Shown piece after piece: positions 22,901 to 32,900 of a stretch of DNA of 47,883 bases. The DNA lies in NCBI GenBank assembly GCA_042570655.1, contig JBHPGL010000002.1:1-47883 (forward strand). Reading direction: 5' to 3'. This DNA comes from Nanobdellota archaeon (lineage in GTDB: Archaea; Nanobdellota; Nanobdellia; Woesearchaeales; JBHPGL01). The position numbers and the translations under genes are program-made. How positions within the stretch are numbered: position 1 is the stretch's first letter; the number at the start of each line of letters is the position of its first letter. Under the pieces are notes generated by a model. That model ran no database searches, was not told the origin of the DNA, and saw only the letters and a program-made list of their open reading frames with translations.

Positions 22901-25900
22901 ATTTAGTGTCAGCACTTATGATGGAGAAGTATGGGCAAACTTTGTAAATTCATCACCAGTATTGTTATTGAACGATCCACCAGAAATGATTATACCTAAT
23001 CAAGTTATGCAGGAAGATACATTATTATACATAAATTTAACCAACTTTACATTAGACATTGATAATGATCCATTAACTTATTATGTTCAATCTGATAACC
23101 CTTCAGAAGTTAATTGTTCAATAAATTCAAATAACCTTACTCTTGATCCGGCAGATAATTGGTTTGGAATTACAACATGTACAATTAATGTAACAGACAC
23201 AGAAAGTTGGGACGATTATACGTTTAATATTAATGTAACAAATGTAAATGATCCACCTTACCAGTTTAGTCTTGTATATCCAGGTGATGAACATAATTTC
23301 AGCAGCAATTACTTACAATTTAACTGGTCAGATTCTGTTGATATAGATATCACAGACCAATTTACATATTATCTGCAAATTGATAATGATGAAGATTTTG
23401 TAGTCCTTGATTTAAATATTACTGTGTTAGATAATAACCATTATGCAGATTTAAGTGGAATCGCAGATGACTGGTATAATTGGCAGGTAATAGTTTGTGA
23501 TGATGCAACTCCTTCACTTTGTAATTCAAGTTTAACAAATACATCTTTTATAATTGATAGAACAGGTCCAAACATTATACTTGATAGTCCAAATCCTGAA
23601 GAAGTAGTTGGATGGACTGTATCATTATTAACAACAATAAATGATACAATGAATACAGTTGATAATGCATGGTATGAAATTAGAGATCTGAATAATATCT
23701 TATATAACTCTTCAATTCTGTCAGGTCCAAACTTTGATTCATCTTGGATAACAACATTAAACAATCCAATTGATAGAAATTATACATTAATTGTTTATGC
23801 AAACGATAGCCTTGGAAATCAAAATTCAAATTCAGTTACATTCCAATTAGATAATAATATGCCAGGAATCCAGATAATTTATCCTGTTGACGATAATATC
23901 AGCAACAATTTCAATCTTGACATTAGAGTTAATAATATGCATCTTGACACTTCATATTATCAAATAATAAATTCCACAGGAGCAGTTATTACAAGTAATT
24001 ATGCAAGCAGCATCAATCAATTAACATATAATTGGACAGATTTAATTAACATCAATGGTTGGAATGACGATTTATACAATATAACAGTTTTTGTAAATGA
24101 TACAGCAAGTAACAATAATTCAAAGACAGAACAATTTAATGTTGACCAAACATCTTCATATTATAGTGGAATAACAAAAACATCAGATCCAATCTATAAT
24201 GGTATGAACATTACATTAAATGTAACGTGGAACGATTTATTCTTAGGTGTTAAAACAGTTTTAATAGAATCAAATCATTCAGGAACATGGAGAAATTATT
24301 CAACTACCATCGCTACCAATGAATATTATATCATGATTGATAACATTTACCTTGACAATCAAGAAGTAGTAGGTTGGAGATCATATGCATATGATTATGC
24401 AAATAATTTAAATGTAACACCGATACAAGAATTTATAGTACAAAATAGAATACCTGTATTTGACCAAAATTTAGCTAACCAAACAAGAAACCATGGTGCA
24501 AACTTAGTTTATGATATTAATTGTTCAGATGCTGATAATGATGTAATAACATATTATGATGATACTGCTTTATTTGACATTAATCCTACTTCAGGATTGA
24601 TTTTCGACGATCCAATTGTTTCAGAAGCAGGTGATTATGTAATTAATATTACTTGTTCAGATAGTTACTCCATTGTATGGCAAACATTTAATTATACAAT
24701 AACAAATGGAGTACCATACCTTACAAATATAAAAATCAATTCAACAGATATGTTGAACAGAACAAATGAAACATTATATTCATATTATGTTTATAATGAT
24801 GCAGATGCAGATCCAGAAACTTTAACTTTCATAAAATGGTATAAAAATAATGTTGAACAAACAGGATTTGAAAATTCAACCTCAATCCCACCAGCAAGTA
24901 CAACAAAACATGATATGTGGAACATGTCAATTAAAGTGTTTGATGGAAATGATTGGTCAATATGGTATAACACTACAATTTTAATAAATAATGCACAACC
25001 GGATCAAATTGCTCCGTTAATAACTCCATCACCAGCATCTCATATTGATAATATTACTTGCTTTAACCAAAGTACAAACGACATTGATACTGATAATCCA
25101 CAAAATATTTATTCCTGGTTAATTGATGGTCAACCTTATTATATACTTCATATGCCGTTTGAAATTAACAGTACAGAAATATTTGATTATTCTGGATATG
25201 ACAATGATGGAGATAATTTTGGTGCAGCTTTAACTTCAGGTTATCTAGGATCTTCATATTACTTTAATAGTACAACCTACATAAGAGTTAATTATAGTTC
25301 AAACATTGACATACAAGATAACTTAACAGTCGCAGCTTGGGTAAAATCAACTGCAAATAATAAATATATTATTTCAAAAGAAGGAAATCAAACAACAGGA
25401 CTTTGTTACCAAGAACAAGCAGATTCAGCATCAGCTTGCGGTCTTTCATCAGGCGCATACCTTTGCACAGGTGATTGGAATGCATCATATCCATGTACAA
25501 ATATTTATGATTCAAGTTTCTCAACTTATGGAATTGGTGGTGCAGGAACAGGATCATTATACATAAATTATACAAAACCAACAAGAGCAATATCTACAAG
25601 TCAATGGCGAGTTAAAGATCTTGCATTTGATCAAAATCATAATATCCCTGCACCTTGTTGGGCTCAAGATCCATTACAGTTTAGGCTTGATTCAAATCCA
25701 ACCAATACACTAGGTTATTGTTTTAATGGTGCAACATGGACAAATATAATTACAAAAACATCAGAAATATATGAAGAAGCAATGTGGTGGGAATCACAAT
25801 CAGAAAATTTCACATATGCATTAACAACAAATAATGGTGGAGAGTTTATTATTTCAAAAGATGGAATTGTATATAATGCATCTGCTTCAGGAAATATTAA

Positions 25901-28900
25901 TGATAATGCATGGCATTTTATTGCTGGTGTTTATGATGGAACAGAAATGAGATTATATGTTGATGGAAGTTTAGCTGCAACAAACACATACATATCAGAC
26001 ACATTACCTTTATATGCAAAAGATCTAATGATTGGTACTTATGATAATACAGGATTATTAGATAATTTCCAAGGTAACATAGATCAAGTTAAAATTGTCG
26101 ATGATGCATTATCAGAAGAACAAATACTTGAATTATTTAATGAAGATTTAGATTCAAGTACAATTTATTTCCCTGAAACAGAAGCATATGAATTCTGGAC
26201 TTGTATTATTACAGCAGTTGATGGTGAAGATGACTTAATCTTATCAGAAACTAACTCAACTATATTAATTGAAAATATTCCTCCAACATTATCATCTGTA
26301 TTATTTTCACCAGGAATTGATAATTTCGGAAGTCCAATTGTTTCAACTACAATTGTAGCATCTGATTATGAAAATGATGATTTAAGATTAATGTGTGGTA
26401 ATATTTCAGGATCATACAATTTCTGTAACAGTACATATGGTCAACCAGAACGAAGTTGTACATTCTATGTACCTTGGACAGACGATACAGCTCACTTAGT
26501 TTATTGTGCAGTTGATGATTCAATTAATGTTTCAAATCAAGTTGCAATTACATTTACAACAGATAATACACCTCCATTTAACCATATTGATAACATTACT
26601 TCAATTGGCGGTGATACAACACCTTATAATTGGGACAGTGTTGATGACAATACTACAGAAATATCTATGAATGGCGAACTATTAATGTCTTGTAGATGGG
26701 ATAGAGTTGATACCAATTATAGTAATATATCTTCAACACAAGAATGTTTAATGTTAGGTATTACAACAGTGTGTGATCTTGGAAGTTTAACTCAAAACAT
26801 TACAAATGAAGGTTATTATATTACTTGTATGGACGCTTATGGTAATGAACAAAATATTACTACCAATGTAGATGTTCCTACATTTGGAACAGATTGGACA
26901 CCTCCATCAACTTATTCAAATGTTAATGATTCAGTAATATATGCTCCTACTTTCAATGCTACATTATATGAAACAGATATCCCTATAGGAACAAATGTTA
27001 CAACTTATTGTTGTAACGATACGTCTGGCGTTTGCGTTCCTACCTTAGGTTGTGATCCAACCAACATCAGTTGGAACAATATTACATTAAGCTTTGACGA
27101 TCAATATAGAGGTAAAAATTATTTGAATTATCAAAGTATAGACGACGCAGGTAATATGCAAACATTAGTTACTAGAATTGTAAATATAAATCAATTGTTA
27201 ACATTTGATACAAATCAATCTTATAATGATACAATAAATCATCTGTTTAATGTAGAAATAAATGTTTCAGATAAAGATACTTCACAATCAATAGAATGTT
27301 GGCTGCATCATAAACTTTCAACAGATTCAACTTATCAAAATAAATCAATGTATTTATCGTCTGGACTAATATATAATGGAACATTCAAAACAAATATTTC
27401 AATGTCAGAAGGATATGTGCCTTACGATTATGTAAACACATATGTAGAATGTTTCGATGGTCTTGAATATCAAAACTCAACAAATGATACAAACCAAATA
27501 CCAAATTATATTCCAACTATTCCATTATTAATCACACCAGAAAATAACTCAATTACAAACAATTCATTAATTTTATTTGGATATAATAGCACAGATAATG
27601 ATACCATAGATACTTTAACATATTATATCTTTGCAGATACAAATGTTAATCCAACCACATTAATAAATGTTACAACTGCATTATTATATCAATGGACTAC
27701 AGTTGAAAATTTATATTATTGGATGGTTAATGTAACAGATAATTATTCTAATGTTTCTTCAGATATATTTATATTTACACTTGACACATCACCTCCAGTT
27801 ACAACATCTAATGTAACATTTGATTATTGGTATAATGATACTGTAGGTGTATATCTAAATGCAACAGATAATTTGGTTGGAGTAAATTATACAAAATATT
27901 GTATTTATGATTCAGATTCAACTTGTGATCCAATTACAAGTGGAACATTTGGAAATTGGGTAAATATTACTTGCATACCAAATTCAGCTTGTCAACAATA
28001 TATTAATTATTACAGTGTTGATCATGTGTATAATCAAGAAAATATTACTACATCTAATAAAGTAAAAATTAATACAGCTGGCGGCTTGGTTAATAATTCA
28101 GAAGCAGAAAATTGTGAATTACAAAATGTAGTTCATATGACAAATAGTGGATGTTTTGATACGTATATGAGCAATTCAACAATAATTAATAGTACAACTT
28201 ACAATGATGATATCTATAACAGCTACTTAAATTTATGTAATGTTAATGATACATTCTTTAATCAAAGTCAATGTTATAATTCAACAGTTGATCCTAGTAC
28301 TGTAATTGACACAATTTTATATGATTCAACTGTAACAGATGGATATCTCTATAAATTAACATTATACAGTGCAACAATTGATACCTGGGATATTGTATCA
28401 GGTATTGTTGAATATAATGGAACAAATTATACAAGTCTAAGTACATTACAACAAGTATATTGCGGTGATGGTATAACATCATATCCAATAGAAGGACAGA
28501 TAGGAGATTGTAATTCATGTCCTGCAGATTTCGGTCCATGTCCTTCAAAAAGAGGAGGAAGTGGCGGAGGATTTGTTACATGTCAACCTACTTGGGAATG
28601 TGAAGATTGGGGAGACTGTTCAGCTGTAGGAGAACAAATTAGAACTTGTATTGATGCAAATGGTTGTTCAAGAACTAATTATCAAGTAACATATACAGGT
28701 GAAGGCGATGTTTTCTTTACAGAAAAAGAAATACTAACAATGATAGAGACAAGAGAATGTACTCCTTACATAAGCGAATCATGTCATGATCAGAAAAAGA
28801 ATCAAGATGAAACTGATATTGACTGTGGTGGTATGTGTGGTAAATGTGATCTTGATAAAATTTGTTCAATAGATCAAGATTGTACATCTGGAAATTGCCT

Positions 28901-29777
28901 TGATAATATTTGCAAGCCATTAATAGCTGAAACATGTAATGATGAAATATTAAATCAAGATGAAACAACAATAGATTGTGGTGGTTCTTGTTCAACTTGT
29001 ACAGTCCTTATTACTGGATTAGAAACAAAAATAATTGAGAATGAAATTTATGATATAACTGTTAAAAATGAAAAAGGATTTGCAATTGAAAATGCACAAA
29101 TCACAATTTTATTACCAGATGGTTCAATAATTACATCAACAACAGATGAAAATGGATTATTTACATTCCAACAAGAACAAATAGGATCTGTTTCATTAAC
29201 TGTTCAAGTTCAGGATCATGTGGTTAAAACTGAATCATTTATGGTTGAAAAGAAAATTATTTCAATCCCAGGTCCAATACCTCTAGAATTAAATATTCAA
29301 AATTTAATTTTCTTAGTTGCAGCAACTTTAATCATAATATTAATGTTAATATTTTCAATAAGTAAAATGATTGTTCATAGTAGAATATTTAATTATATTG
29401 CAAGGGAAGATTTCGGAGGAATGGACATAATTGAAATTAGACATAAATTACTAGATAAAGGATATACAGCTAAACATGTTGACCGAGAAATCTATATTTA
29501 TGACAAATTAAAATCAAGGAAAGAAAGAAGAATAGATTCAAGAATCGAACAGGTTGACAAATATAAAATCAGGAAGAAATTGCATGAGATTAAAAAAGAA
29601 AAACACCAGAAAATTGTAACACCTGCAAAAAAAGTAGATAAGATTCAAGAATATAAAGAAGTTAAACATAAAGATATTGATAAAGAGATTGATAAATTAA
29701 ATGTACAAGAATCTGAAATCAATAAAAAGTTAGAAGAATTAAAAGCAAAAATATCAAATTCAAAGATAAGAAGATAA
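13971..29777 (+). CDS. Giant membrane-anchored cell-surface glycoprotein B (5268 aa), paralog of A with added beta-helix and LamG modules
   Basis: Collinear with protein A (shared N-terminal domain, FDGxTTDF domain, Ig/cadherin array, Cys-rich end, TM helix, basic tail). It adds two NosD/CASH-like right-handed beta-helices (GGNYW/GGNYL, DYLPL) and two LamG/concanavalin-like domains (WHHIV, WHFIAGVYDG). Starts 4 nt after the stop of gene A. Confidence 0.88.
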   Translation: MSNKNKKGMSNNVMIGASIILALTLVILIGINLSGQVTFNVDKATFTAEESLTGNLNIEFDKEFYPEDSIVVVNLDGKSSGLYLRDIVDNENFITDVYDGEEVQGYLLDENFNVELSLFNLNAPDEEGIYDLSVNLYYESSLIEEYGNEIEVIGSDLDTGNNEIPLSTQEQPSPQQQSQPSFSVQSSEGSLLYHTFGDGTGGVLNETECDGTSEGSVTWLGTHVNDDPFHGYLLVTNAPQAKIDNMEISLGAINNNPETENIIVDLKICPTDITTFLHPMGPIDSNCTSAYTVVKNDWNASQIFGTNSGFVNLTFDNNYTMLSSNNYIIKAEVVSYSASDGAYDLWGINFDSNPTNRYAGFGYNFGAANSSNQYILDFKLWGYDLTGLPTPISDCQTISSPGSYEIGQDIDGSGTCLTIASDNVIIDCNGYTINYSQSSIGYGINITGYNNITVQNCNIVQDNSSVSITKGIYMGNANDNTVSETNITISGKNAQGIQIKSSSDQNTISDVVINMLYLNTGGGSAAQGILIDDSDNNDITNSDITTVGEDGYGIYLYQAVATDISGVIINTTNSDTGNRAYGVYLNNADNNDLSDVTINTVAGYGVYLSASDYNNVTDSDISTTGSSTYAIYPVGDSDGNIVSNCNLITIGFNAMVYRNAAAGCDDNVIQNSFLDFSSSYGIQTVNRMNITNNTIRAHGANTDCLYFGASTSGSIVSDNIFNNCTYGIELTNSQGNNIYNNYFNITPSGNYTQFAGTIYSNTWNTTNTSATNIAGGSNIGGNYLGKTDSSGYSDTCSADVNGFCQEFDLIASAACTAGVNCGNNTDYLPLSSNFSNQANTISSCQTISSPGLYTLTQSIDVSYIGTGGSCINFTSDDVILDCDSYSITVTSDNTQLGHGIYINNQDNITIQNCKINISDVSSSSYCIEANGNCSDLTIINNDLYADRTSAPAASGGINIDVSAFTDDVLIENINITLFNQMVTGIVLEKLQDVTVKDVFIDNAKYGIILQSSNSGQKLIIDNELNMTRFNPEGIRIYNSVFENISNNIIYGLDDTSTGINIINSNGNNILGNNINFNATTATGSKGIKIDSGNNINVERNVIVMGSSGSNAIELENSSHGDYLNNNITQYYNNVTGGGNCIYMFSGSNDNEITSNRFIDKCGQYSLKIENSNDSLIYNNLVDVVSDVYDNSYNSWNTTNQSGPNIYGGPYIGGNYWQIYGGSDIDNDGFGSINLPFTGLSSISNGGDYLPLTIQSVNQAPTHSQPLLNSSTGQNLTSDNLTVYAQDLTDPNSDPIFEIINWNLDGTTITSLHLPFEGGSNNTYTKDYSTIGNDGTVNDSIWTNNIGHNNKGAYTFDGIHDYIDLGDPGDGSLDMGSNNFAVSLWIKTNYSGGNQPIISKKGGGADPGYQIFVVSNSLQPYMGDGTNACGYTASTIVNDNQWHHIVFGRDGQSVRLFIDGQEDASSPFTGLQCSSLGNMDSTKDLQIGKQPTTSPSRFNGTIDDVIIFDDIISLEQVQALHNDRTDLMVSQETFTGSEWQACITPNDGAIDGTTLCSNTLSIPDQYANSFDGETTDFDNAPDIQNVVNVTLENSSTGKIVWNSTTNCSGVTFDNNVHILHNYVYVNITALGDQFNKTAYIYLYYLSLFPNPLVFVDQGPGWQECDFCSIIDVSGNNYTIEVDHFTAFKMGNLANLSIWDQNDTEGGGLITITNNQINFYANYTTSGLPINSSYGDCNISFTDSVNIAMTYNDTSDYYEYQRLFTSSGLKSYNVTCDGIELLTATDSINLASTQASLNSINLNPNRGKSGITVNVTSVGASENSGKDVMLMCGNLSGSYNLCNSTSGQPERSCTFTSPYTDDSQHQVYCIIMNTDNVSSSERNTIFTADNSPPQNVAIINVEGDTSVKYWDTDNDANTVVQLNLNETGLRCRYDEVDLSYSSISFDQNCSVSGGLANCNVWGMSNTNAQINDTSVYISCIDQYDNEQSNSQNTDVTLGIDWTIPSINTDNDGDIYIPGYNVTFDISDIPPGTILNPLYCNDTTNVCDPIASVTNGTIITFNNRGTAYLRYNATDEAGNLNTTSSTAVMINQLSYISNDLIQNYSSDDHKFNFTFDLLDNDSSQTISCTIYHKLTAAPTYNTKAMSLNGPSYNGTFSVNITPLDGAYQNDSEIQFYGNCSDGLETVLTSINANTFPNALPYLSTVIPNITWDEDAANNNVYNLYDHFTDPNDDILLFYPNTTAPITVNIAANGDVSYTPQAQWFGIEYINFLAEDPIIKTNVSSNFALLTVYSVPDIYMNDFTGTDINLTSTLIFNGTQWIKQTNVGDSLINSSAGNVTFQELINVTKDINLTDILTLKHNLVEIDSTTWPNFNVNAKINLTGLTEIWTSYIFIMKDGIRCDNTSDCTVTSWDNTNKIAIFDITGFSNYTVENAQSAPNVTTPIIYPSIAYTNDSLICTTNATDLEQTTLNISFTWYENGVLNTTWDNNVTCAIDTQCNASILVPPSASFKHDNFTCLVTAYDGITFGHSKNSTIEIDNLIPLFDHTLDNFSLLHTQDLYYDINCSDTDTNDVITYYDDTSLFDINSASGIINFNPNLFDTGNYTITITCSDAEDNSSQIFNYEIKNTIPTLSWIYLNSTGQNQTLDNLTLYYTYYDINSDAYNTTRIRWFNNSVEEPLFENLTVIPYQNTKKGETWNARVYVYDGVYWSIYNTSNDIVIEDTLPFFDPSLTNQSILHTEILYYNVNCSDVDDDTLSYYEITAPNMIDSTNVNTGELIDNPSLLETGNYTIGLQCGYTTTWVNTTFNYEVRNTAPTVSSVYLNSTNILNRTNGTLNVYYTYNDVDFDPLNDITINWYLNDTIQPAFQNLSSVPDTSTTKHDDWIASISVFDGIYWSSYVNSSTLTINNQMSYVTNVKLNTTFNDNLTDEDLFGYYMHNDIDNDPESAAFIKWYLNDTEQTALQNTTTVLSGNTTKHETWIFSVSTYDGEVWANFVNSSPVLLLNDPPEMIIPNQVMQEDTLLYINLTNFTLDIDNDPLTYYVQSDNPSEVNCSINSNNLTLDPADNWFGITTCTINVTDTESWDDYTFNINVTNVNDPPYQFSLVYPGDEHNFSSNYLQFNWSDSVDIDITDQFTYYLQIDNDEDFVVLDLNITVLDNNHYADLSGIADDWYNWQVIVCDDATPSLCNSSLTNTSFIIDRTGPNIILDSPNPEEVVGWTVSLLTTINDTMNTVDNAWYEIRDLNNILYNSSILSGPNFDSSWITTLNNPIDRNYTLIVYANDSLGNQNSNSVTFQLDNNMPGIQIIYPVDDNISNNFNLDIRVNNMHLDTSYYQIINSTGAVITSNYASSINQLTYNWTDLININGWNDDLYNITVFVNDTASNNNSKTEQFNVDQTSSYYSGITKTSDPIYNGMNITLNVTWNDLFLGVKTVLIESNHSGTWRNYSTTIATNEYYIMIDNIYLDNQEVVGWRSYAYDYANNLNVTPIQEFIVQNRIPVFDQNLANQTRNHGANLVYDINCSDADNDVITYYDDTALFDINPTSGLIFDDPIVSEAGDYVINITCSDSYSIVWQTFNYTITNGVPYLTNIKINSTDMLNRTNETLYSYYVYNDADADPETLTFIKWYKNNVEQTGFENSTSIPPASTTKHDMWNMSIKVFDGNDWSIWYNTTILINNAQPDQIAPLITPSPASHIDNITCFNQSTNDIDTDNPQNIYSWLIDGQPYYILHMPFEINSTEIFDYSGYDNDGDNFGAALTSGYLGSSYYFNSTTYIRVNYSSNIDIQDNLTVAAWVKSTANNKYIISKEGNQTTGLCYQEQADSASACGLSSGAYLCTGDWNASYPCTNIYDSSFSTYGIGGAGTGSLYINYTKPTRAISTSQWRVKDLAFDQNHNIPAPCWAQDPLQFRLDSNPTNTLGYCFNGATWTNIITKTSEIYEEAMWWESQSENFTYALTTNNGGEFIISKDGIVYNASASGNINDNAWHFIAGVYDGTEMRLYVDGSLAATNTYISDTLPLYAKDLMIGTYDNTGLLDNFQGNIDQVKIVDDALSEEQILELFNEDLDSSTIYFPETEAYEFWTCIITAVDGEDDLILSETNSTILIENIPPTLSSVLFSPGIDNFGSPIVSTTIVASDYENDDLRLMCGNISGSYNFCNSTYGQPERSCTFYVPWTDDTAHLVYCAVDDSINVSNQVAITFTTDNTPPFNHIDNITSIGGDTTPYNWDSVDDNTTEISMNGELLMSCRWDRVDTNYSNISSTQECLMLGITTVCDLGSLTQNITNEGYYITCMDAYGNEQNITTNVDVPTFGTDWTPPSTYSNVNDSVIYAPTFNATLYETDIPIGTNVTTYCCNDTSGVCVPTLGCDPTNISWNNITLSFDDQYRGKNYLNYQSIDDAGNMQTLVTRIVNINQLLTFDTNQSYNDTINHLFNVEINVSDKDTSQSIECWLHHKLSTDSTYQNKSMYLSSGLIYNGTFKTNISMSEGYVPYDYVNTYVECFDGLEYQNSTNDTNQIPNYIPTIPLLITPENNSITNNSLILFGYNSTDNDTIDTLTYYIFADTNVNPTTLINVTTALLYQWTTVENLYYWMVNVTDNYSNVSSDIFIFTLDTSPPVTTSNVTFDYWYNDTVGVYLNATDNLVGVNYTKYCIYDSDSTCDPITSGTFGNWVNITCIPNSACQQYINYYSVDHVYNQENITTSNKVKINTAGGLVNNSEAENCELQNVVHMTNSGCFDTYMSNSTIINSTTYNDDIYNSYLNLCNVNDTFFNQSQCYNSTVDPSTVIDTILYDSTVTDGYLYKLTLYSATIDTWDIVSGIVEYNGTNYTSLSTLQQVYCGDGITSYPIEGQIGDCNSCPADFGPCPSKRGGSGGGFVTCQPTWECEDWGDCSAVGEQIRTCIDANGCSRTNYQVTYTGEGDVFFTEKEILTMIETRECTPYISESCHDQKKNQDETDIDCGGMCGKCDLDKICSIDQDCTSGNCLDNICKPLIAETCNDEILNQDETTIDCGGSCSTCTVLITGLETKIIENEIYDITVKNEKGFAIENAQITILLPDGSIITSTTDENGLFTFQQEQIGSVSLTVQVQDHVVKTESFMVEKKIISIPGPIPLELNIQNLIFLVAATLIIILMLIFSISKMIVHSRIFNYIAREDFGGMDIIEIRHKLLDKGYTAKHVDREIYIYDKLKSRKERRIDSRIEQVDKYKIRKKLHEIKKEKHQKIVTPAKKVDKIQEYKEVKHKDIDKEIDKLNVQESEINKKLEELKAKISNSKIRR

Positions 29778-29938
29778 GCTTTGATGAAAAAGTCACCCGG
29801 TTTATGCACAAAGTGCACCTTTTATTGGGTCAGTGAGGACCGTTTGTCATACAGGCCTCTAGTACGGGAAGGTTACAGTCGTTAAAAGGCATTTGCCAAT
29901 CAACACGACTGTTCCGAACGAGACTTTTTCAACAGAGT
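29778..29938 (+). ncRNA. Candidate multi-stem structured RNA of unknown family inside the surface-protein cluster
   Basis: 17-nt closing stem GCTTTGATGAAAAAGTC / GACTTTTTCAACAGAGT (one mismatch, G-U pairs on +). Internal arms ACCCGGT/ATTGGGT capped by TGCAC-AAA-GTGCA, GAGG/CCTC, and ACAGTCGT/ACGACTGT capped by GGCA/TGCC. Strongly GC-enriched relative to the flanks. Confidence 0.6.
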
Positions 29939-29989
29939 GAAAAAATAAAAAAACAAAAATGAAAAAATATATTCATGAGGTGGAATAAA

Positions 29990-32900
29990 ATGAGAGGAAA
30001 AATAAATAAAAACCAAAGAACAACATCAAGCAGCTTAGCTGGTGTTATGAAAAACAAAATGATAATGGTCCTTTCATTAATAATCCTATTAACTCTCTGT
30101 AGCGTTAGCTATGTTTTAGCTGTTGATAACTTAATGGCTTTACAAGGTAATGTTCAGGAAAATGGTTTAGCATTACAATCAGGAGATTTAAGAGTATATA
30201 TCTATGATGCAGATACAGGTGGAGCAACTGTATATGATAGTACAACTGATTTTAATGGTAATATTGTAAATGGTCAATTTGATGTTATGTTAGGTTCAGG
30301 ATCAAATGAACTTATACTAGAATATGGTAAATATTATTATTTAGATATGGCAATAGAAGGTCAGAATTTAAATTTTTCAGGTAATGATAGGCAGATCTTC
30401 CAAAGTGGTGTAGGGAATATTAGTAATGAAGATATTGACGAATCAGCAGCTATAGATCCAAATAAAATCAGTGAAGAATGGGTAGACGAATCAGGCGATT
30501 CAATGTTTGGTGACCTTAATATGACCACAGGAAATGATATTATCCTTAGAGATGCTTCTATCCAAGCAATTAATGCTGATGGAACTGAAAAAGCTATATT
30601 GACAACAAGTTCACCAGGTGGTTCTGCAGTCGGAACAACTATTCAAGCTTTTGGTAATGCTATTTTATCATTGTTGTCTTACTCAGGTGATATTGAAATT
30701 AGAAGTTCAAATGGTGGAGACATTTTATTACAAAAAACAGGTGGTAATGTTGGAATAGGATCATTTGCACCAACCGGACCTTTCGATATTAACAATTCAC
30801 AACCAAGAATTCATTTAATGGAAATAGATACTACAGACGAAAATTTTAGAATTCAGGTTGATTCTGGTGATCTTGGAATAGGTACTATTGCCGATTCAGG
30901 TGCAGGATATTCAGAAAAATTAATAATTCAACAAGATGGTGATGTAGGAATTGGAACAGCTTCACCATCTGCACCTTTAACAGTTATGGATTCTGGTGAA
31001 GAATTAGCAATATTTAATTCAACAGATAATGACGGTTATATTAAAGCAGGTTATTCAGCTTCTTATGCAATTTTAGGTGGTGATTCTGGTGGCGGTTATA
31101 TAGACAGTTCTATTGCTCCATTTAGGATTGAAATTGCTAACGATGAAAAATTAAGGATATTAGGTAGTGGTAATGTTGGTATTGGTACTACTACACCTCA
31201 AAACACATTAAATGTAGTTGGTGACCTTAATGTAACTGGAAATACTTATCTTGCTAACATTAATATTTCAGGTGTTCAGTTTAATGCTGGTGATGTAAGA
31301 GCAGATGGAATATTTTATGGAAATGGTTCAGGTTTGTTTGACATTCCAGCTAGTGGTATTTTAGAAGAATGGGTTGATGTTGCAGGCGATACAATGTCTG
31401 GAGATCTTAATATGGGTACTAACGATATTAACGGAGTAGGAAATTTATATGCAAATAATATAAATCTCTCAACTGGTTCAAGCAGATTAGAAATAGGAAT
31501 AACCCCTGCATCAAAACAAACTTTTACATCTTGGTTGCATGAGTTTGGTGATACAGGTGGATCAGGTATTACTCAGAATATTTATTACTTAACTGGATAC
31601 AAATATAGAAGAGATGGAGCAGGGTTACATATTGAATTATCAAATGGAAAATTCGATTTAAGAACAGCTTCTTCAGGTCTTAATAATTCAGCTGCAACTT
31701 TAACTTCTAAATTTCTTGTGGAGAATGGAGGAAATGTTGGTATTGGAACAACTAGTCCAGAAGGAATATTACAATTAGGGGATGGAACAGGAACACCAGA
31801 ATTAGTGATAGACTCTGCATCTGCTTCAACAGGAAAAATCACTTTCCGTGATAATCTTGGAGATGATAGGGGAGTGATAAAATACGACCATAGTTCAGTC
31901 CCAGAAGGAATTAAAATTAGTGCTGGAGGTTCTAGTGATTTTGTAACTTTTACAACAGATGGTAATGTTGGAATAGGAACAACTACACCATCTGCACCTT
32001 TAACAGTTATGGACTCAGGTGAAGAATTAGCAATATTTAATTCAACAGATAATGACGGTTATATTAAAGCAGGTTATTCAGCTTCTTATGCTATATTAGG
32101 TGGTGATTCTGGTGGAGCATATTTAGATGCATCAATAGGACCATTTAGGATTGAAGTTGCAAATGATGAAAAATTAAGGATATTAAATAGTGGTAATGTA
32201 GGGATTGGAGATGCAATGGGAACATCTTCACCAGCATACATATTCCACATCAATGATTCAACATCACCACAATTAATAGTAGAAGACTCAACAAGTGGTG
32301 TACAGACAAGGGTTTATTCGAATGAGAATGAAGGGATGGTTGGAACAAGATCAGATCATCCTTTTAAAATAACAGCAGGTAATTCAGTAAAAATGGTTAT
32401 TGACGATGCTACCGGTAATGTAGGAATTGGAACACATACACCACAAAATACATTAAATGTTATTGGAGATCTTAATGTAACAGGAGCTACTTATCTTAAT
32501 GATATAAACATCTCAGGTGTTCAATTTAATGCAGGTGATATTACTGCTGAAAATATTATAGCAACCGAAGATATTTCCGTAGGAGGAAATTTAAGTATAT
32601 TAAATTCTGATGTTGATAGGGGTGCAATATTTAAAGCAACTGGCGATAATAATAGAATCGGTGAAATACTTATGTATAATACAAATCTATCAGAAAATAC
32701 AATGCAATTATTTTCTATTACACCAACAGGTACTGGATATTCTTCTACAAATAAAGCAGGGATTAACATGTATAACACTGATATTTTAAATGATTCTACA
32801 AACTACGAATTATTTATTGTTAGAGCTATGGGTACTAATTACGCAATTTATTCTTCGAAGGGTGGAACTGGAAGTTTAAGACCAATACAATTAAGTGCGG

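Noticed and set aside
29778-29938. RNase P RNA or cobalamin riboswitch (GAAAAAGTC, AGTGCA, GGGAAGG, GAGAC fragments)
   Set aside because: Too short for RNase P, GAAAAAGTC is used in the closing stem, and the remaining conserved regions and B12 box order are missing.
30963-32115. Diversity-generating retroelement TR/VR pair
   Set aside because: Both copies are in-frame coding, the differences are synonymous and not confined to adenines of one template, and there is no reverse transcriptase in the window.
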